A DNA stretch of 64,000 nt from Hormiphora californensis (taxonomy: Eukaryota > Animalia > Ctenophora): positions 5,952,001 to 6,016,000 of the forward strand of contig CM035358.1 in assembly GCA_020137815.1 (NCBI GenBank), written 5' to 3'. Below are positions 1 to 64,000 of the stretch, in pieces. The notes below the pieces were generated by a model. That model saw only the letters and a program-made list of their open reading frames with translations. It was not told the DNA's origin and did no database searches. Numbering within the stretch: position 1 is the stretch's first letter; the number at the start of each line of letters is the position of its first letter. Made by a program: the position numbers and the translations under genes.

Positions 1-277
1 TAGTAGATAACTTAGTAGATGACTTAGTAGATAACTTAGTAGATAACTTAGTAGATGACTTAGTAGATGACTTAGTAGATAACTTAGTAGATGACTTAGT
101 AGATGACTTAGTAGATGACTTAGTAGATGACTTAGTAGATGAATTACTGACTTAGTAGTTAGTAGATGACTTAGTAGATGACTTAGTAGATAACTTAGTA
201 GATGACTTAGTAGATGACTTAGTAGATGACTTAGTAGATGACTTAGTAGATGACTTAGTAGATGACTTAGTAGATGA
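1..277. repeat. 12-bp minisatellite (TAGTAGATGACT)n, truncated by window start
   Basis: About 22 tandem copies of TAGTAGATRACT read directly. Confidence 0.95.
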
Positions 278-742
278 AAATTTCGGAAAATTTCACTGTC
301 TTCCATTGATTGAAATCAATGCCGCGTGTGGTGAGTGATCATGTGAATCTCTTGTTATGTTCTAACCCGCCCTTTACATTTGCGGGGCTCGCGAAAGGCA
401 GTCTAGCTAGGCAAGTGAATCTCTAGGTGGCAGTAGTGGGGAACAACCATTACCGAACCATCAACTGCAGCCCCCCCCCCCCGCATTACTTAATGTTACC
501 ATAATATTATTCATCCCTAGATGACTTCTCAATGCCCTGCAATTCTCTCTATCAACCTCTCTTCTCCTTTATTTTATCGCTTTATGTTTCCATGACAATA
601 TATAGGGTCCGTGATCGCTCCACTATTTGTTGTGCAACTCTCTCTCTCTCCTCTTTCTGTCACCCACGATCCCGGTATCTTTTTATGCAGGGTATGCTCA
701 TATTATTATACCCCTCTATCATGTCTCATCTCTTCCCATGAC

Positions 743-839
<97 letters not shown>

Positions 840-871
840 CTCTCTCTCTTTCTCTCAATGACGTCACATAC

Positions 872-1820
872 CTGATCTCCAGCGTCCCCGGAATACAAAT
901 TAGGATATCCAGGTTGCTGCTGCTGCTGCACGGAGCCAAAGTTATTTCCAACTTGATCACTACCGGGATAAATAAAATTGTTATTTACAGCCTGCTGGCC
1001 AGTAGCATGATGTGCTCCATGAGGAGGGTGCTGATTTGGCTGGTGTGATGACGTCACGTTGTTGTATGACGTCACTCCAGAAGGAGGAGGGGCGGGATGG
1101 TTGAAGGAGTGTTGTCCTTGGTGATGATTCTGTTGGCGATTCTGGTGATGATTCTGTTGGTGATTCTGTTGGGGGTGGCGATATATTGATCTTGGATAGT
1201 GTTCTTGTTGTGGATACTGTTCATTGTAAGGATGGTCCTCAATGTTGGATGTGTAGGGTTTGGGTTGGTTGTATGAACCAAGTGACTGATTGGGCATGCC
1301 ATGTGACTGATTGGGCATGCCATGTGACTGATTGGGCATGTCACGTGACTGATTGGGTATCTGGTTCTTATTGTTATATTGGTTGAATTGATGGGGTTGA
1401 TATTTCGGATTCCCCATATTACCAGGAATCTGATTTTCCTGGAAACCACTGTTGTTGTAGACAGGCCGGTGCCTGGTAGTGTCATAGTCTTGGTGAGGGG
1501 CGAGCCCAGCTCTACTTGAGTATGCAGTACCAGTCTCCTGAAAAATTAACATAATGTGAGCCAGGAACCGACGGAAACAAGTAAACAACCAATCAGAACT
1601 CGTTATTTAGGTCACGTGACTGGTCATCAGCCAATCAGGGACCAGTATTTCCTGATTCGGTCGGTTCCTGAATGTGAGCCATGTCACACAATTCAGTTCT
1701 ATCGATTCATTTTCCCATGCCCTACACAACTCGAGTTGTGTCTCTCTTTGTCTTTTCTCCATAACATATTTTATGATCTCATACCCCCTACTTATCAGTT
1801 ATTATAGCTCCCTCTCTCTT

Positions 1821-1904
<84 letters not shown>

Positions 1905-1974
1905 CTACCTGGGTTCGATGCCGCTTGTCTGGTGGGGGGACATGCATATCCGAATACCCTGAATACCTTTTCAT
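872..1974 (-). CDS. Uncharacterised protein with N/Q/H/P-rich low-complexity region; 5' part only, continues toward or beyond window start
   Basis: Exon 1974-1909 (MKRYSGYSDMHVPPPDKRHRTQ|gtaggg) splices in phase 0 to a 666-nt exon 1537-872 (ttttcag|ETGTAYSS...GDAGDQ|gtatgt). Open frame with PNQSHGM and QQNHH repeats. Downstream exons not located. Confidence 0.7.
1562..1670. mobile_element. ~109-bp MITE, CAGGAACCGAC termini, 9-bp TSD
   Basis: TIRs CAGGAACCGAC...GTCGGTTCCTG; direct repeat AATGTGAGC on both sides; four more copies in window. Confidence 0.9.
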
Positions 1975-2074
1975 ACTATTGGGATAGAAAGATTGGGATA
2001 GAGAGAGAGAGAGAGCGAAATAGAGAGATAAATGGAGAGAGATGGACTTGGATAGATGGGGATAGAGATAGTTG

Positions 2075-2157
<83 letters not shown>

Positions 2158-2892
2158 TGGAAGATAGAGAAGACATAATATTACTAACAAAAGGCTTTAG
2201 AGTATCACGATCATCGATGATCGAATTGGAGTGCACTGATCCTATGAGAAGGGGATTATTTAGAGTGAAAGGAATGGTAAAAAAGAAGCAAGAGAGAAGG
2301 GGTAAGAAGATAGGAGGGAATGGGATAAAAGGATAAAAATTAACCAACGCACCCATAGCAAAATAACAATAAACTGTTTAGTGTTTGGATCAGAGAAAAT
2401 TTATTCCTTAATTTTGCATGGGAAACATTGCAACTGTTTACTGAAGCATTTCATAAATCTCAGTCCTGAACGGTCATGATGAAAAGATGTGAGATGTACA
2501 GCAGCTGTAGAGGGAGATGGATAGAGGGAGATGAATAGAGGGAGATGGATAGAGGGCTTGAAGGATAGAGGGAGATAGAGGGAGATGAATAGAGGGAGAA
2601 GGATAGAGTAGTAGGGAGATGGATATAGACTGGGAAGGCAGATAAAATGAGACATAATAAGAATGTGCGAATGTTCAGACAGTAACATACTCAATTGTAA
2701 CTGAGCTGAAATAGAAGAATAAGGAAATACACAGGGGGTCAAGACGGTGAAAAACAGGCGCCAGTGCAGGACTGTGAGGCGGGGGAATTCAAACTAAATG
2801 TGTTACTTCAAAAAACTCATATATAAAGCCACAGTGTTACTTGGTAACTTGCTTCTAACAACTTATTTCAATCTTGGAGATGAAATATAGAA

Positions 2893-2976
2893 TACAGTCG
2901 GACCCCGATTTAACGGCACCCTGATCGGGGAAAGGGTTTTGTCCAGTAAATCGGGGTGTCCGCTAAATCGGGGTCA
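2893..2976. mobile_element. Partial Tc1/mariner/pogo-like MITE (TA|CAGTCGGACCCCGATTTA family)
   Basis: Same terminus and internal TAAATCGGGG repeats as the full copy at 62595-62766. Confidence 0.7.
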
Positions 2977-3405
2977 AATACTGTATATTTCATCTCTTCG
3001 ATCTGATTAAAAAGCATAAACAGACACAATTTTTCACGGAAAAATGACTTCTTCATAATACAATACTTTAACTAAAAAATACCTAAAGAATATATAATTG
3101 CTGTGTGTCTCATACATCTATTACATCGATCTGCAAACAATAATCCTAAACAAAACAACAATACCAGAAACCTTTTCTCAAGCTACATTGTATAATACAG
3201 TTGGACACCGAGTTACCGTAACCCTAATTTTCAGGTCGGCTAAACTTCCCCGATGTATGGAATTTAAACAAATTCACCCCGATATACCGGACATTGGAAA
3301 AAAACCGGCGTCCGACTGTATCTCAAATCACAAATTTCTCTCTACATATATCTCTCGCTCTTCCTCTCTATCTTTCACACACAATGAGTACCTCTCAAAC
3401 CAATA

Positions 3406-4199
3406 TAGTAGAGTCGATAACTACATCGACCTCTCCCAATTGTTTCAGTTTTTGTCACATCTGTTTGGAGCCTCGACACGACCTCTAAACAGGTGTTACT
3501 TTTTCACAAACTGTTTTCATCTTGGTGTAATCAGCAGTTGAAATGTTGCTAATCATAACAAAAACCTGACTAAATTTTTTCAACTTGGGGTAAAACCATG
3601 GGTGTCAAAAGTTAGGTCTAGGTCCCCTGAGTAACCATCCGGAGACTCTAAGAGATATTTCAAGCCGTTCTCCCGTAATCATTAATCCCGGTGGAGAAAA
3701 AAAATACAATGCGGACGTACGTGAGCGCTGGCAGGCTGTTTACATGTTATTGTATGTCTCTCACTCTCTCTGGAAAAACCGCACGTGCGGTTGCGCCGCG
3801 CGAGATAACTCTTTCTCAAGGGGGAGAAAAGAGAGAGACGCACATTAACGTTATACATTAAAGTTGAGGTTGTAGGCAATTGCACGTACGTCCATACTCA
3901 AATATGTGCTCTACCGGGATTAATGATTACAGGAGAACGGCTTGAAATATCTCTTGGAGTCTCCGGATGGTTACTCAGGGGACCTAGACCTAACTTTTGA
4001 CACCCATGGTTTTACCCCAAGTTGAAAAAATTTAGTCAGGTTTTTGTTATGATTAGCAACATTTCAACTGCTGATTACACCAAGATGAAAACAGTTTGTG
4101 AAAAAGTAACACCTGTTTAGAGGTCGTGTCGAGGCTCCAAACAGATGTGACAAAAACTGGAACAATTGGGAGAGGTCGATGTAGTTATCGACTCTACTA
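3406..4199. mobile_element. Fold-back non-autonomous DNA transposon, ~285-bp TIRs
   Basis: 3406-3691 is a near-perfect inverted repeat of 3915-4199; ends TAGTAGAG...CTCTACTA (possible TA TSD). Confidence 0.85.
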
Positions 4200-4775
4200 A
4201 TACTATTGGTACGATAATCACACGGCAATCTTGTAACCCCTTACCTAAACACGGCCATGCAATGGATTATATTTTTACCCAAAGGAAATTGTCACACCTT
4301 TACAGTATAACACACAGGAGTTTAAAAGTACCCTATCTTATGGTAACCATGGTAACCATGGTAACGATAAAGGGTAACCGAGTTACCTCCTCATACCAGA
4401 TCTGACTCTACAAAAAGTGAGTTATTACATTCACGCAAAATTCCTTTTGGACAGCTCAAAGTTCATATGTACTGCTTATGCAGCGAGACTGTATGAGCAG
4501 ATCCAAATATATTCTTCGCTTCAAGTTACTATCACAAATACGGTTTCTCCTTCGAAATAATCACTCTCACTTAGTCTTTCCAAACAGATACATTTTAATA
4601 ACTTATATATAAGTTACAAAAAATATTCCACGCCAACGAAAGCCGAATCTCAATCATGCTCTCACGCACACTCACTGACCGTTAGCTAACGCGTGACACT
4701 CCGCTACACTCTTTACACCTCTCACGCGTGACACGTGAACCCAATCTCACGCGTGATCCCTCCCAACGCGTTATA

Positions 4776-8836
<4,061 letters not shown>

Positions 8837-9385
8837 CTGTAGAAATAATTCGATACAGTGATACACTTCCACTATAGAAATTAGTTACCAGTGACCGGTG
8901 CAGCGTGACGACTGTTGATTCCCAAAAATAATTCGCAAAATAAAACCAGTGGTTAGGGTCGAATCACTGGTTTTATTTTACAGTAATAAAAGATGCACAG
9001 CATGAATGTCTCGCAGACCCGCAATTCATTATTCAGGTACTTTGATACGGTTTAGTTAAAACTTTGACCCAAAAGGTAAGACAGTGCAGAATGTTTTTAG
9101 TTTTTGAAAATTCACGAACCCCAACACCGATTGGCATCACTTTTCAGCAGCGAAGCCCGAAGGAGAAGCTGCCGAAGAGAGAAGGGGGTAATCGTATGTA
9201 GAGTTAAACGCGATGAGTCTCATACACATTCGATCATTTGGCAAACGTTGCTGGCCCCCGCAGCGCGGGATAAGGCAGCGCTTTTCAACCCAGATTTCAA
9301 CGCTGACCTAAAAATTTTTTTTTTAATTCTAAAAAAACGGCCATCTTGAAAAGTTTCGACACGACTGAGCGGCGACCACGCGCGC

Positions 9386-11507
9386 GTTCAGCTCAGTTTC
9401 AAAATTGCGCGGCTCGTGCCGCGTCAGCGCAATCCAAATTTATTCGCGTAGCGCAGCTCAGCTATCGAAGAAGTAAAATAGCTCAAATAAAAAGCTTAAG
9501 TCCATAAGGAACCATAATAAAGTTCAAGAGCCTCCAAGAGCGCACCAGGTCCAAGAGCACACCAGGACGGGCGACGTTAAAATCTGGGTTCCTTGTCACG
9601 CGCAAAACCAGAATTTACGCCGCGCGACAGCGCGCGCCGTTTTTTTCGATTTCAGAAAATCACAGCTCAAAAGATTTTGACTTTTTGAAACTTTTTTTCC
9701 AAAAGTTCCCAAAGTGAAAAAAGAAAGTAAAAAGTGAAAAAAAACCTGTTGAAATGCCGACAAGAGGCCTTCAGAGTTGAAACTTGAAACTTGAAACTTG
9801 AAACTTGAAAATAAGTAAGGAAAAAGAGAACCCAAGAAAGCATTAAAAGAATTAAGAAAGTCGATTTTAATAAAAAAAAAAACGAAAGAAAATTTAAATC
9901 TCGTCCCAAAAGTTTTTCGGTGGAGTTTAGAGAAGACGAGCACCTCTTCAATGGCTGGTTTTATTTTTCGCGCCCTCCCTTCCCTTCCCCGTCCTCCATT
10001 TGTTCACTCCCCCTTTTCTCTTCCATCACTCCCTGGCCCAACCCTTTTGTTTTCCCCCTACCCAGGTTGTTTCTGTTTCCGCCTTCTCCTTTTCTTTCTC
10101 ACCGCCCTTTCCCCCTTTTTTTCTTCTTGTTTTCTACAATACTGGATTTAAGCTTGAAACACAAAGGTACTAACTTCAACAGGACTTTTGCATTATCCCC
10201 TGTGAAAGGGGCTACAACCCAAAACCCCAAACATTGGCTTCAAAAACAATTTTTAATTAAACAGAATCTTTCCCAAATTGGGAATTTTCGGCCCCTGGAC
10301 CCCAAAGTCGTTTCCCGTTACTCACCTTTCACTTCCCTGCTTCCCCTTTATGGAAATTTCAGGGTATCTCGGGGGTCAAAATATAACTTAAGGGGCAGGC
10401 GCCAACGGGATAGGGGACTTATGGGGAGAGTTAAAGGGTTAAATTGGGCAGTTTTTCCATTAAAGATGGTTTCCCCATTTTTTAAACCAGAATTGTTTGT
10501 GTGGATTTTGGGTTTGAAAAGGTTGGAAATTGTTTTACCCCCCATTTTTAATAAATTTAAGCTTAAAGGTTTTAACCCCTGGAAAATTTTTGTTCTGGCA
10601 ATGACCATGTAAAAATCTTAAAACCCCCAGTGTTAGATTCCCATGTAGGGAATAATTCGTAGTAACCTTTACTATAAATTAGTTCCATGCCGGGCCAGGT
10701 GAGCGGGATGGATCCCCCCAAAAAAATTTGCAAATAAAGCCAATGTTTTTGGGGGGAACACTTTTAAAGCAGTAAAAAAGTTTCCAGCCTGGAAAGTTCT
10801 CCGGCCCGCAATTTATTACAGATCCTTAACCAGGTTAAACTTTTTAACTAGGGGATCGCGTGTTTTAGTTTTTGTAAATTAAATCAGCAAGCCGGACGTT
10901 TGCAATCCAGCCCCAACGAAGGTAGACTTTCCAGGAAGGGGAATTATTAGATTAATCCATAGTCAACACAATTCGCTTTGGAAAAAGGCCCGGCCCCCCC
11001 AGGCCTACCCCCGGTTTTAACCCGATTTCAACCACCCTTTTTTTTTTTTTTTTTAAAAAAAAGGGCCCCCTTAAAGTTTGAAGACTAGGGCCCCCGGGCC
11101 CCGTTCAGCTCAGTTTCAAAATTGCGCGGCTCGTGCCGCGTCAGCGCAATCCAAATTTATTCGCGTAGCGCAGCTCAGCTATCGAAGAAGTAAAATAGCT
11201 CAAATAAAAAGCTTAAGTCCATAAGGAACCATAATAAAGTTCAAGAGCCTCCAAGAGCGCACCAGGTCCAAGAGCACACCAGGACGGGCGACGTTAAAAT
11301 CTGGGTGCCTTGTCACGCGCAAAACCAGAATTTACGCCGCGCGACCGCGCGCGCCGTTTTTTTCGATTTCAGAAAATCACAGCTCAATAAAAAAAAAACA
11401 AAGATTTTGACTTTTTGAAACTTTTTTTTCCAAAAGTTCCCAAAGTGAAAAAAGAAAGTAAAAAGTGAAAAAAACCTGTTGAAATGCCGACAAGAGGCCT
11501 TCAGAGT
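9386..11507. other. Probable haplotypic/unpolished duplication artefact
   Basis: 11103-11507 is nearly identical to 9386-9778; ~10140-11100 is a garbled, homopolymer-distorted copy of ~8230-9385. Confidence 0.7.
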
Positions 11508-11706
11508 TACAATCAAGTACGAAAACGATGGTTGCTGATGGGATAAAAAGAAACGTGGTTTGAATGTGATTGAAATATATCCTCAAATGAATTAATTTAA
11601 GAGCTTTGTATATTCCAACTCCGTTATCTTGAATTCTTAATGAGATAAAGAATTCAAATTAAATGCATTGAAAAGTACTAAGAATTCTCTTTCGAAAACA
11701 CTCGTT

Positions 11707-12486
11707 TATGGCGGTGCATGAGTGCACGATGAAATTTTCAACATAAACATGAAAAAAATTTAAAAAATGAAAAAGAAAATATAAATTTTTTTAAAAATTT
11801 TTTAAAAAAATGAAAAAAACGATTTTTGAAATTTTGTGTGCACTCATGCGCCGCGTGAACGGCTCAAAAGTGCACGGTAAAAAAATTGTTCCATTTTTTA
11901 AACAAATGTTCGTTTGCCTCAAATGTTGTTTTTAGACTTTGTCCCACCGTCCACCAAGCTTGACACGTCGTCTAGACCGAGGCTGTACCCGTCTAGACGT
12001 GTTTTACCCCAGATGGGCTTGAGATGGAGTCAAATGGCCTTGAGACGGGTTGAAATGGGCTTGAAATGGACTTGAAACGGGCTCGAAACAGGCTTTAGAT
12101 GGGCTTGAGACGGGCTACTCGTAAAACGCAAGTCTTTAGCCTATTTCAACCCGTCTCAAGCCTCTTTCAAGCCCGTTTCGAGCCTGTTTGAGCCTGTTTT
12201 AGCCCGTCTCAAGCCCATCTGAATCCGTCTCAAGCCCATCTGGGGTAAAACACGTCTAGACAGGTACAGCCTCGGTCTCTGTCTGGCGCCGCGACCCATC
12301 TGAGCGCACTGGAACAATTTTTTTACCGTGCACTTTTGAGCCGTTCACGCGGCGCATGAGTGCACACAAAATTTTCAAAAATCTTTTTTTTTCATTTTTT
12401 AAAATTTTTTATTTTTTTCTTTTTCATTTTTTAAATTTTTTCATGTTTTTGTTGAAAATTTCATCGTGCACTCATGCACCGCCATA
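11707..12486. mobile_element. Fold-back non-autonomous DNA transposon (TA|TGGCGGTGC...GCACCGCCA|TA)
   Basis: ~185-bp TIRs plus a second internal inverted repeat (~11975-12280) built from 11-bp-like units. Confidence 0.8.
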
Positions 12487-13149
12487 GACTGTTTGCTGGC
12501 ATTTTTTACTTATCAATGGCGGGAGAATCATAAATTCGTCTTTTCAAAGGTTTTTTATTGTTTGGGAAGTCGTTCTTAGGAAAGCAAAAGTCAAAACAAA
12601 AAATACACACTTTTTTTTAAAAATGCACACTTTTTTAAAAAAGTCTGGGTCAAATTGAGCTTGGAATTTCGAAATCGACAAAAATTTTCAAAATCAACAA
12701 AACGCGCAGCGCGCTCCGACGCGCAAATCGAAAAACGACGCCGCGCACCCCCCCATTTTCCCCACTAGTTGAATTTGGCCGCTTGTCAGCGCTTTCAATT
12801 ATTCTGTGCGCGCAACGTGGAAAGAATTTACTGCGCGCTCTTTTCAACCAAAACCTCTCCGCGCGCTACGTCTATAAGATCTGAACAAAAATAGACTTCT
12901 GTGGTTTGAGTCAATGCTAGGAATTGATAAGAGGTAACAAACGGAAATAATCACTTATATGATGGCACACACAAACACTTGTTTACAAACATAACAACAG
13001 ACAAAAAACCTCTAATTTCATTAACACTTCATCAGATCGGCAATACAAAACAAACCGGAATGGCTCATATTATTTAGTTAAGATCAAATCACAAAAAAAT
13101 AAATAAAAAATCATCTGACGGGGATCATAAAAAACAGCGGAAAGGGGAA

Positions 13150-59657
<46,508 letters not shown>

Positions 59658-60848
59658 TTTCTTCTCCAAGCAGGCAGTTAAATGAGGCGGATTTATAAAA
59701 CGGATTCATTAGTCATTTTGTTTCTGTCTAAGGTAGCGTGTGGGTTAGAATTGATAAAGTCGGAGAAATTATAAAATACAATCATTATATCAGAACTGTC
59801 CACTGATCTATGGTAACAACAAGAAAAACTAGACTCAAGGCAAACAAGGAAGCAATGCTAGCAAAAAGTGAAAAAGACGGGCTTATATTACACAAGCTCA
59901 AGGGAGGCATCTCACATGACAGAGAGGAGAGCGTGTTATCAGACAAAACTATTACCCCGTTTTGGGTTGCACAATTTTCACCTGATTCTCTAGAGTCTAG
60001 GTAGAGTATCCCGCATAAGTTGACACGATCTAATTAGCATGTTCCATAATCAATATATTTTTATGTTAAAACTGAAATGAACATAAATTGATTATTTAAA
60101 TACAAATACAAATACAAATACAAATATACATTTATATTTAAGGCCAGAGGGGGCGGGTCCGAGGGTCAAAAAATTCACTTTTCTGAGGTTTAAAGTGCGT
60201 TTCAAACGACTTGACCTGAGATTCCTGGAAATTCAGGATTTCCCCTTTGTAAATACACGCGCAATGCGCCAAATTCCAAGAATTCCGGGTCAAGTCGCTT
60301 GAAACGGACTTTACATATGTGATGTAACTCAGAGGTAGGAAAGTTTTGCGCACCAAGTGTATCAGGAGGCCCTGTTTTTTGAGGTTAACAAAAAAATTTG
60401 AAACGAAACTCGAAAGCACGTGCCAACAAAAAAACAAACAAAAGCTTTTATTTTAAAAGTCAAGGAAGTTTTAAAGTTACTTTTTTAGTAATAATTTTCG
60501 CGCGTTCCATTTATTACTTACAAATGCATCGCAATCGTAAATGAGCGCGCGCCGCGCTACAATTCATGAAACGTATTCGATTCGAGAAAACTCAAACATC
60601 TTTTGAACTTTTCAAAACTTAAAAAACACGAACGCCCAACGTGACTTTTCGTAGAGATCGAAAAGTCACATTTGGACAAATCGATGTGCTAGTTGAGTCT
60701 TGTTTTACATTCTGAAGCAATCAAAAGTTCGTGCGTGACTTACAGATATTCTATTATAAACGTTTATGTAGCGCGATAAAATTATTTTTCTTGATTCTTT
60801 TTAATTCTTGACTTTGCGAGCTATGTTTTGTACATCTTACACCAGTGA

Positions 60849-61081
60849 TAAAGTACACCCCAAACTACTATGTCCCTCACTCGGGTTTTGTGAAATTTCC
60901 CACGGTCATAACTCCACTCCCTGATGAGATAGAGACTTGAAATTTGTTTTGTAGAAAGAACTCGATATGATCTCCTCACAAAACAAATTTCAAGTCTCTA
61001 TCTTATCAGGGGGTGGAGCTATGGCCGTCTAAAATCCGGTCGCGCGCAGCAAGGGACATAGTAGTTTGGGGGGACCTTTAA
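60849..61081. mobile_element. Degenerate palindromic MITE
   Basis: CCCCAAACTACTATGTCCCT...AGGGACATAGTAGTTTGGGG plus an inner inverted repeat. Confidence 0.6.
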
Positions 61082-62594
61082 TATTTGCTTGCCTTCTATT
61101 TGTTAATAAGTTTTCGGAGGCAGTTCTACTAAACGCCTTAATTGACCAGATGTAATAATATATTCTTGATCCACCTGATGCATATTGAGTAGGCCAAAAA
61201 TTCCCGTCACCAGACCAAACATCACCGCACCCATGATCAAATCCCTTCCCCGAGGATCAGATCCCACATAGCACCCAGCAGTCCACTGTGTGAGATGTGA
61301 TCACACACTGTGAGTAGTGAGGGAGAGGCCGAATTGCATCCATACTAAATTAAATGCAGATCCCCTTGCAAACATTTCCACGTTCTCGGTGCGGTGCTAA
61401 TGCGTGTCTTTTTATGGTTGGTGGGCAAGGGGGTTGGTGCACCATGGTGGGGAGAGTTGGTACTGTGTGATTTTAAATGACTGAGACTGCTCTATCTCAA
61501 ATTGTGTGAAAACTATGGCATCTTTCGACTTCAAATTTTAGGACACGATGAAACGTCATTTCTCATTTCTTCTCCCAGTTTTCAGCAAATTTCCATGTTC
61601 CTGAATGAACTTATTGCCATAAAACCTCATCCAACTTTACACAGTCATATCTCTGGAGTCTAATGAGATAGAGTTCAGATTTTTAGGAGAGACCCTGGCC
61701 CTGGAGGACATTTTGGTGAAGGAATTATAATTGCATCAAAAATTTCGGGAGTCAAAACATGTTTTCACTAAACTACATATCCCGTATAATAGTCTCACAA
61801 GTTAGGCCTGCAGATAGGCCTTGCCTAAATCGTGTCCATATTTAGTGACCCGTATCGCTCTGGTAAAAAGGCGCTCCAGCAACCCATCATTATATTTTTT
61901 AGCGGATATTTTAGTAATAAAATCATTAACACATTCTTATTAGTGATTTTGTTTTCGGAATATTTTAAAACGCTCTCATTGTCCAGGCAGCCATTCTTCT
62001 GATTGCATCCTCATGACATAGGTTGTCCAAGAGCCTTTGTTTGAGAAATAGAAATTTAAAAAATTGATTTGAAGAATCAGACTATACAATAAACATTTAA
62101 TACATGTGTTGATGGTCCTTGTCCCGAACTAAAACTTCCTTGTTTTACTTGTGAACATTTAATACATGTATATATATATATATATAAACAAGAGAGTTTA
62201 CGTAACAAAACAACTGCTGTCCCAACCCTGACGGGCTGGTGACACCGACCGCGGTATAGTAGTGCTTGGTGAACAACTGAATCAACGTCTTTTTTCCTGA
62301 ATGCCTGATTACACGCTAACATACGCGAGACCAGTTCGGAGGTCCAACAGTGGCCCCCACTCCAGGTAACAAAACAATACATAATGAAATCTATGTATAG
62401 ATTTCATTATGTATTGTTTTGTTACGTAAACTCTCTTGTTTATAAACATTTTATTTGGTATTTAAGGAAGCTATTTAAGGAAGCTTTCATTGATCCAGAG
62501 AGCAGTAGCACCTGAGTCATCTTGTCTTCGGGTCACTGGTTCTGTTCTGGTCTGGGTTTATAGTCAGGGCATATGATGTTAGATTTTCGGCATA

Positions 62595-62766
62595 CAGTCG
62601 GACCCCGATTTAGGGACACCCTCGGGGGAAAGGCTCTTGTCCACTAAATCGGGGTGTCCACTAAATCGGGGTCAAATAATGTTAATTTCCTATATCGGGG
62701 GGAAAAAATCCTGTCCCTAAATCGGGGTGCCACTAAATCGGGGGCCCCTAAATCGGGGTCCAACTG
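62595..62766. mobile_element. Tc1/mariner/pogo-like MITE with TA TSD
   Basis: TA|CAGTCGGACCCCGATTTAGGG...CCCTAAATCGGGGTCCAACTG|TA; shorter relatives at 41989-42054 and 52073-52141. Confidence 0.85.
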
Positions 62767-63356
62767 TAATTGTTATAATAATCAACCTTTGATTCCTTGT
62801 ATTGCACCTGAGACATGCTTCTATTAATTTGCATTTATTTTGACAGTCTGTTCATTTGTCATTATAATGTTTCGATCACAACTTTAATCCTTCTAAAAAA
62901 GGAATTACCCCTCCCAACTCCCCACCTCTCTAGACTGTGGCTTGCAGCTCTTATCTCTTCACAATTCGACATATTTTCTCTTACTCTGACAGTAAGAAGT
63001 ACTATTTTATCTTATAAGTTGTCATATATAATATATATAAGTTGTCAGTAGTTCACGATACAGGGGCAGCTGCTCCTTCATAATTTGATTAGTTTTTAAA
63101 GCCATTTATTATTCTATATAATAATATAATAATATTATTATTATACGTCTCTTGTTTCATAACAGCCTGCCAGGAGAATAAAAACAATAGTTTAATTTAT
63201 CAAATTAGTGACATATTATTGATATTGCAATATTATAATATCCTTCCCCATGAGTTTGAACATACCAAAAACATGTCTGGTTATAACAAAACAAATTTTA
63301 TCAGGTTTATGGCTATACTATGGTCTGCAGCGACCTAAACTACAGTGTCTGTTATA

Positions 63357-64000
63357 ATGGAGGTAGTCAACACAGTAACAAGGAAACAGAAAGAAAGAGT
63401 TCGTTCCCAGCTTAACAGAGAAAACTTTCGGAGTCTCATCGTGGAGTTGTCTTTCTACGCTACAGGTTACAGACTCTCGACAAATAAATGTCTGGTTGCG
63501 GTTAGCAAGACACTTAAACTCGCCAGTATCACCAAATGGATGGCCGATGAGTGTGTCAGCAAAATACCTGAGATGGGCTCCTTAGGGAAACTATTGGACG
63601 TGGAGGGTCATCTCGGGTGGGCGTTCGATAGCCAGGGGTATATCCTCTATGTCTCCTCGAATTTCCAGTCCAGACTCAACTTGACGGGGTGCATTGTGGG
63701 GACTCACCTGAGTAAACTGATGCCAGAATACAAGAGCGTGCTAAGGAGCGTATTCGAGGATAAGGAGGAGATGGTGTGTGCTACAATCAAAAAGAAGAGC
63801 TCTAAGATAACCTTCAAACCCAGTGCTACTCCGGCCTACCTTTACGGAAAACTTCTGTCCACCAACCACGGTATGTGAACATGCTTGCCTGTGTGATTTA
63901 TGTGTGCTCGTTATATATTATGCTAATTTTATTTAGCAGTAGCTGATGAATCATTGACTACCAGTGGTACTCCGTCATATATTGGCCGCCCACCACACAA
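63357..64000 (+). CDS. Divergent bHLH-PAS transcription factor, 5' part (runs off window)
   Basis: Exon 63357-63870: basic/HLH-like RKQKERVRSQLNRENFRSLIVEL...RLSTNKCLVAVSKTLKL, then PAS-A-like LLDVEGHLGWAFDSQGYILYVSSNFQSRLNL...IVGTHLSKLM. Donor G|gtatgt; next exon open from ~63940. Confidence 0.68.

Noticed and set aside
611-2356. SLSLSL/ERERER ORFs here and elsewhere
   Set aside because: Translations of (CT/GA)n microsatellites.
9920-10612. 230-aa ORF
   Set aside because: Lies in the garbled duplicate of ~8230-8800; no protein-like signal.

Overview
Eukaryotic (animal) genomic DNA, most likely a cydippid ctenophore (Pleurobrachia/Hormiphora-like). That assignment rests on a ctenophore-type spliced-leader (SL) sequence and a MITE family, both recognised from memory. 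The window is dominated by a ~46.5 kb minus-strand ABCA transporter gene: 35 exons traced by hand, one 100-N gap and two apparent frameshifts. One 9.5 kb ABCA intron holds a complete antisense nested gene (24 exons, 1132 aa). It encodes a predicted secreted stonustoxin/verrucotoxin-like MACPF/CDC protein with an N-terminal chitin-binding-like module and C-terminal FN3, coiled-coil and PAN/apple modules. Another ABCA intron carries an intact, sense-oriented L2/CR1-group LINE whose 5' end is the SL exon joined directly to the element's 5'UTR. This suggests a retrotransposon whose RNA is capped and given its 5' end by SL trans-splicing out of host pre-mRNA (top finding). Many introns are filled with tandem duplications of their own splice junctions. 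Also present: an N/Q/H-rich gene, an uncharacterised gene, the start of a divergent bHLH-PAS gene, several fold-back non-autonomous DNA transposons, (GA)n tracts and a probable haplotype/assembly artefact at ~9.4-11.5 kb. All exon coordinates are manual and lack transcript support.
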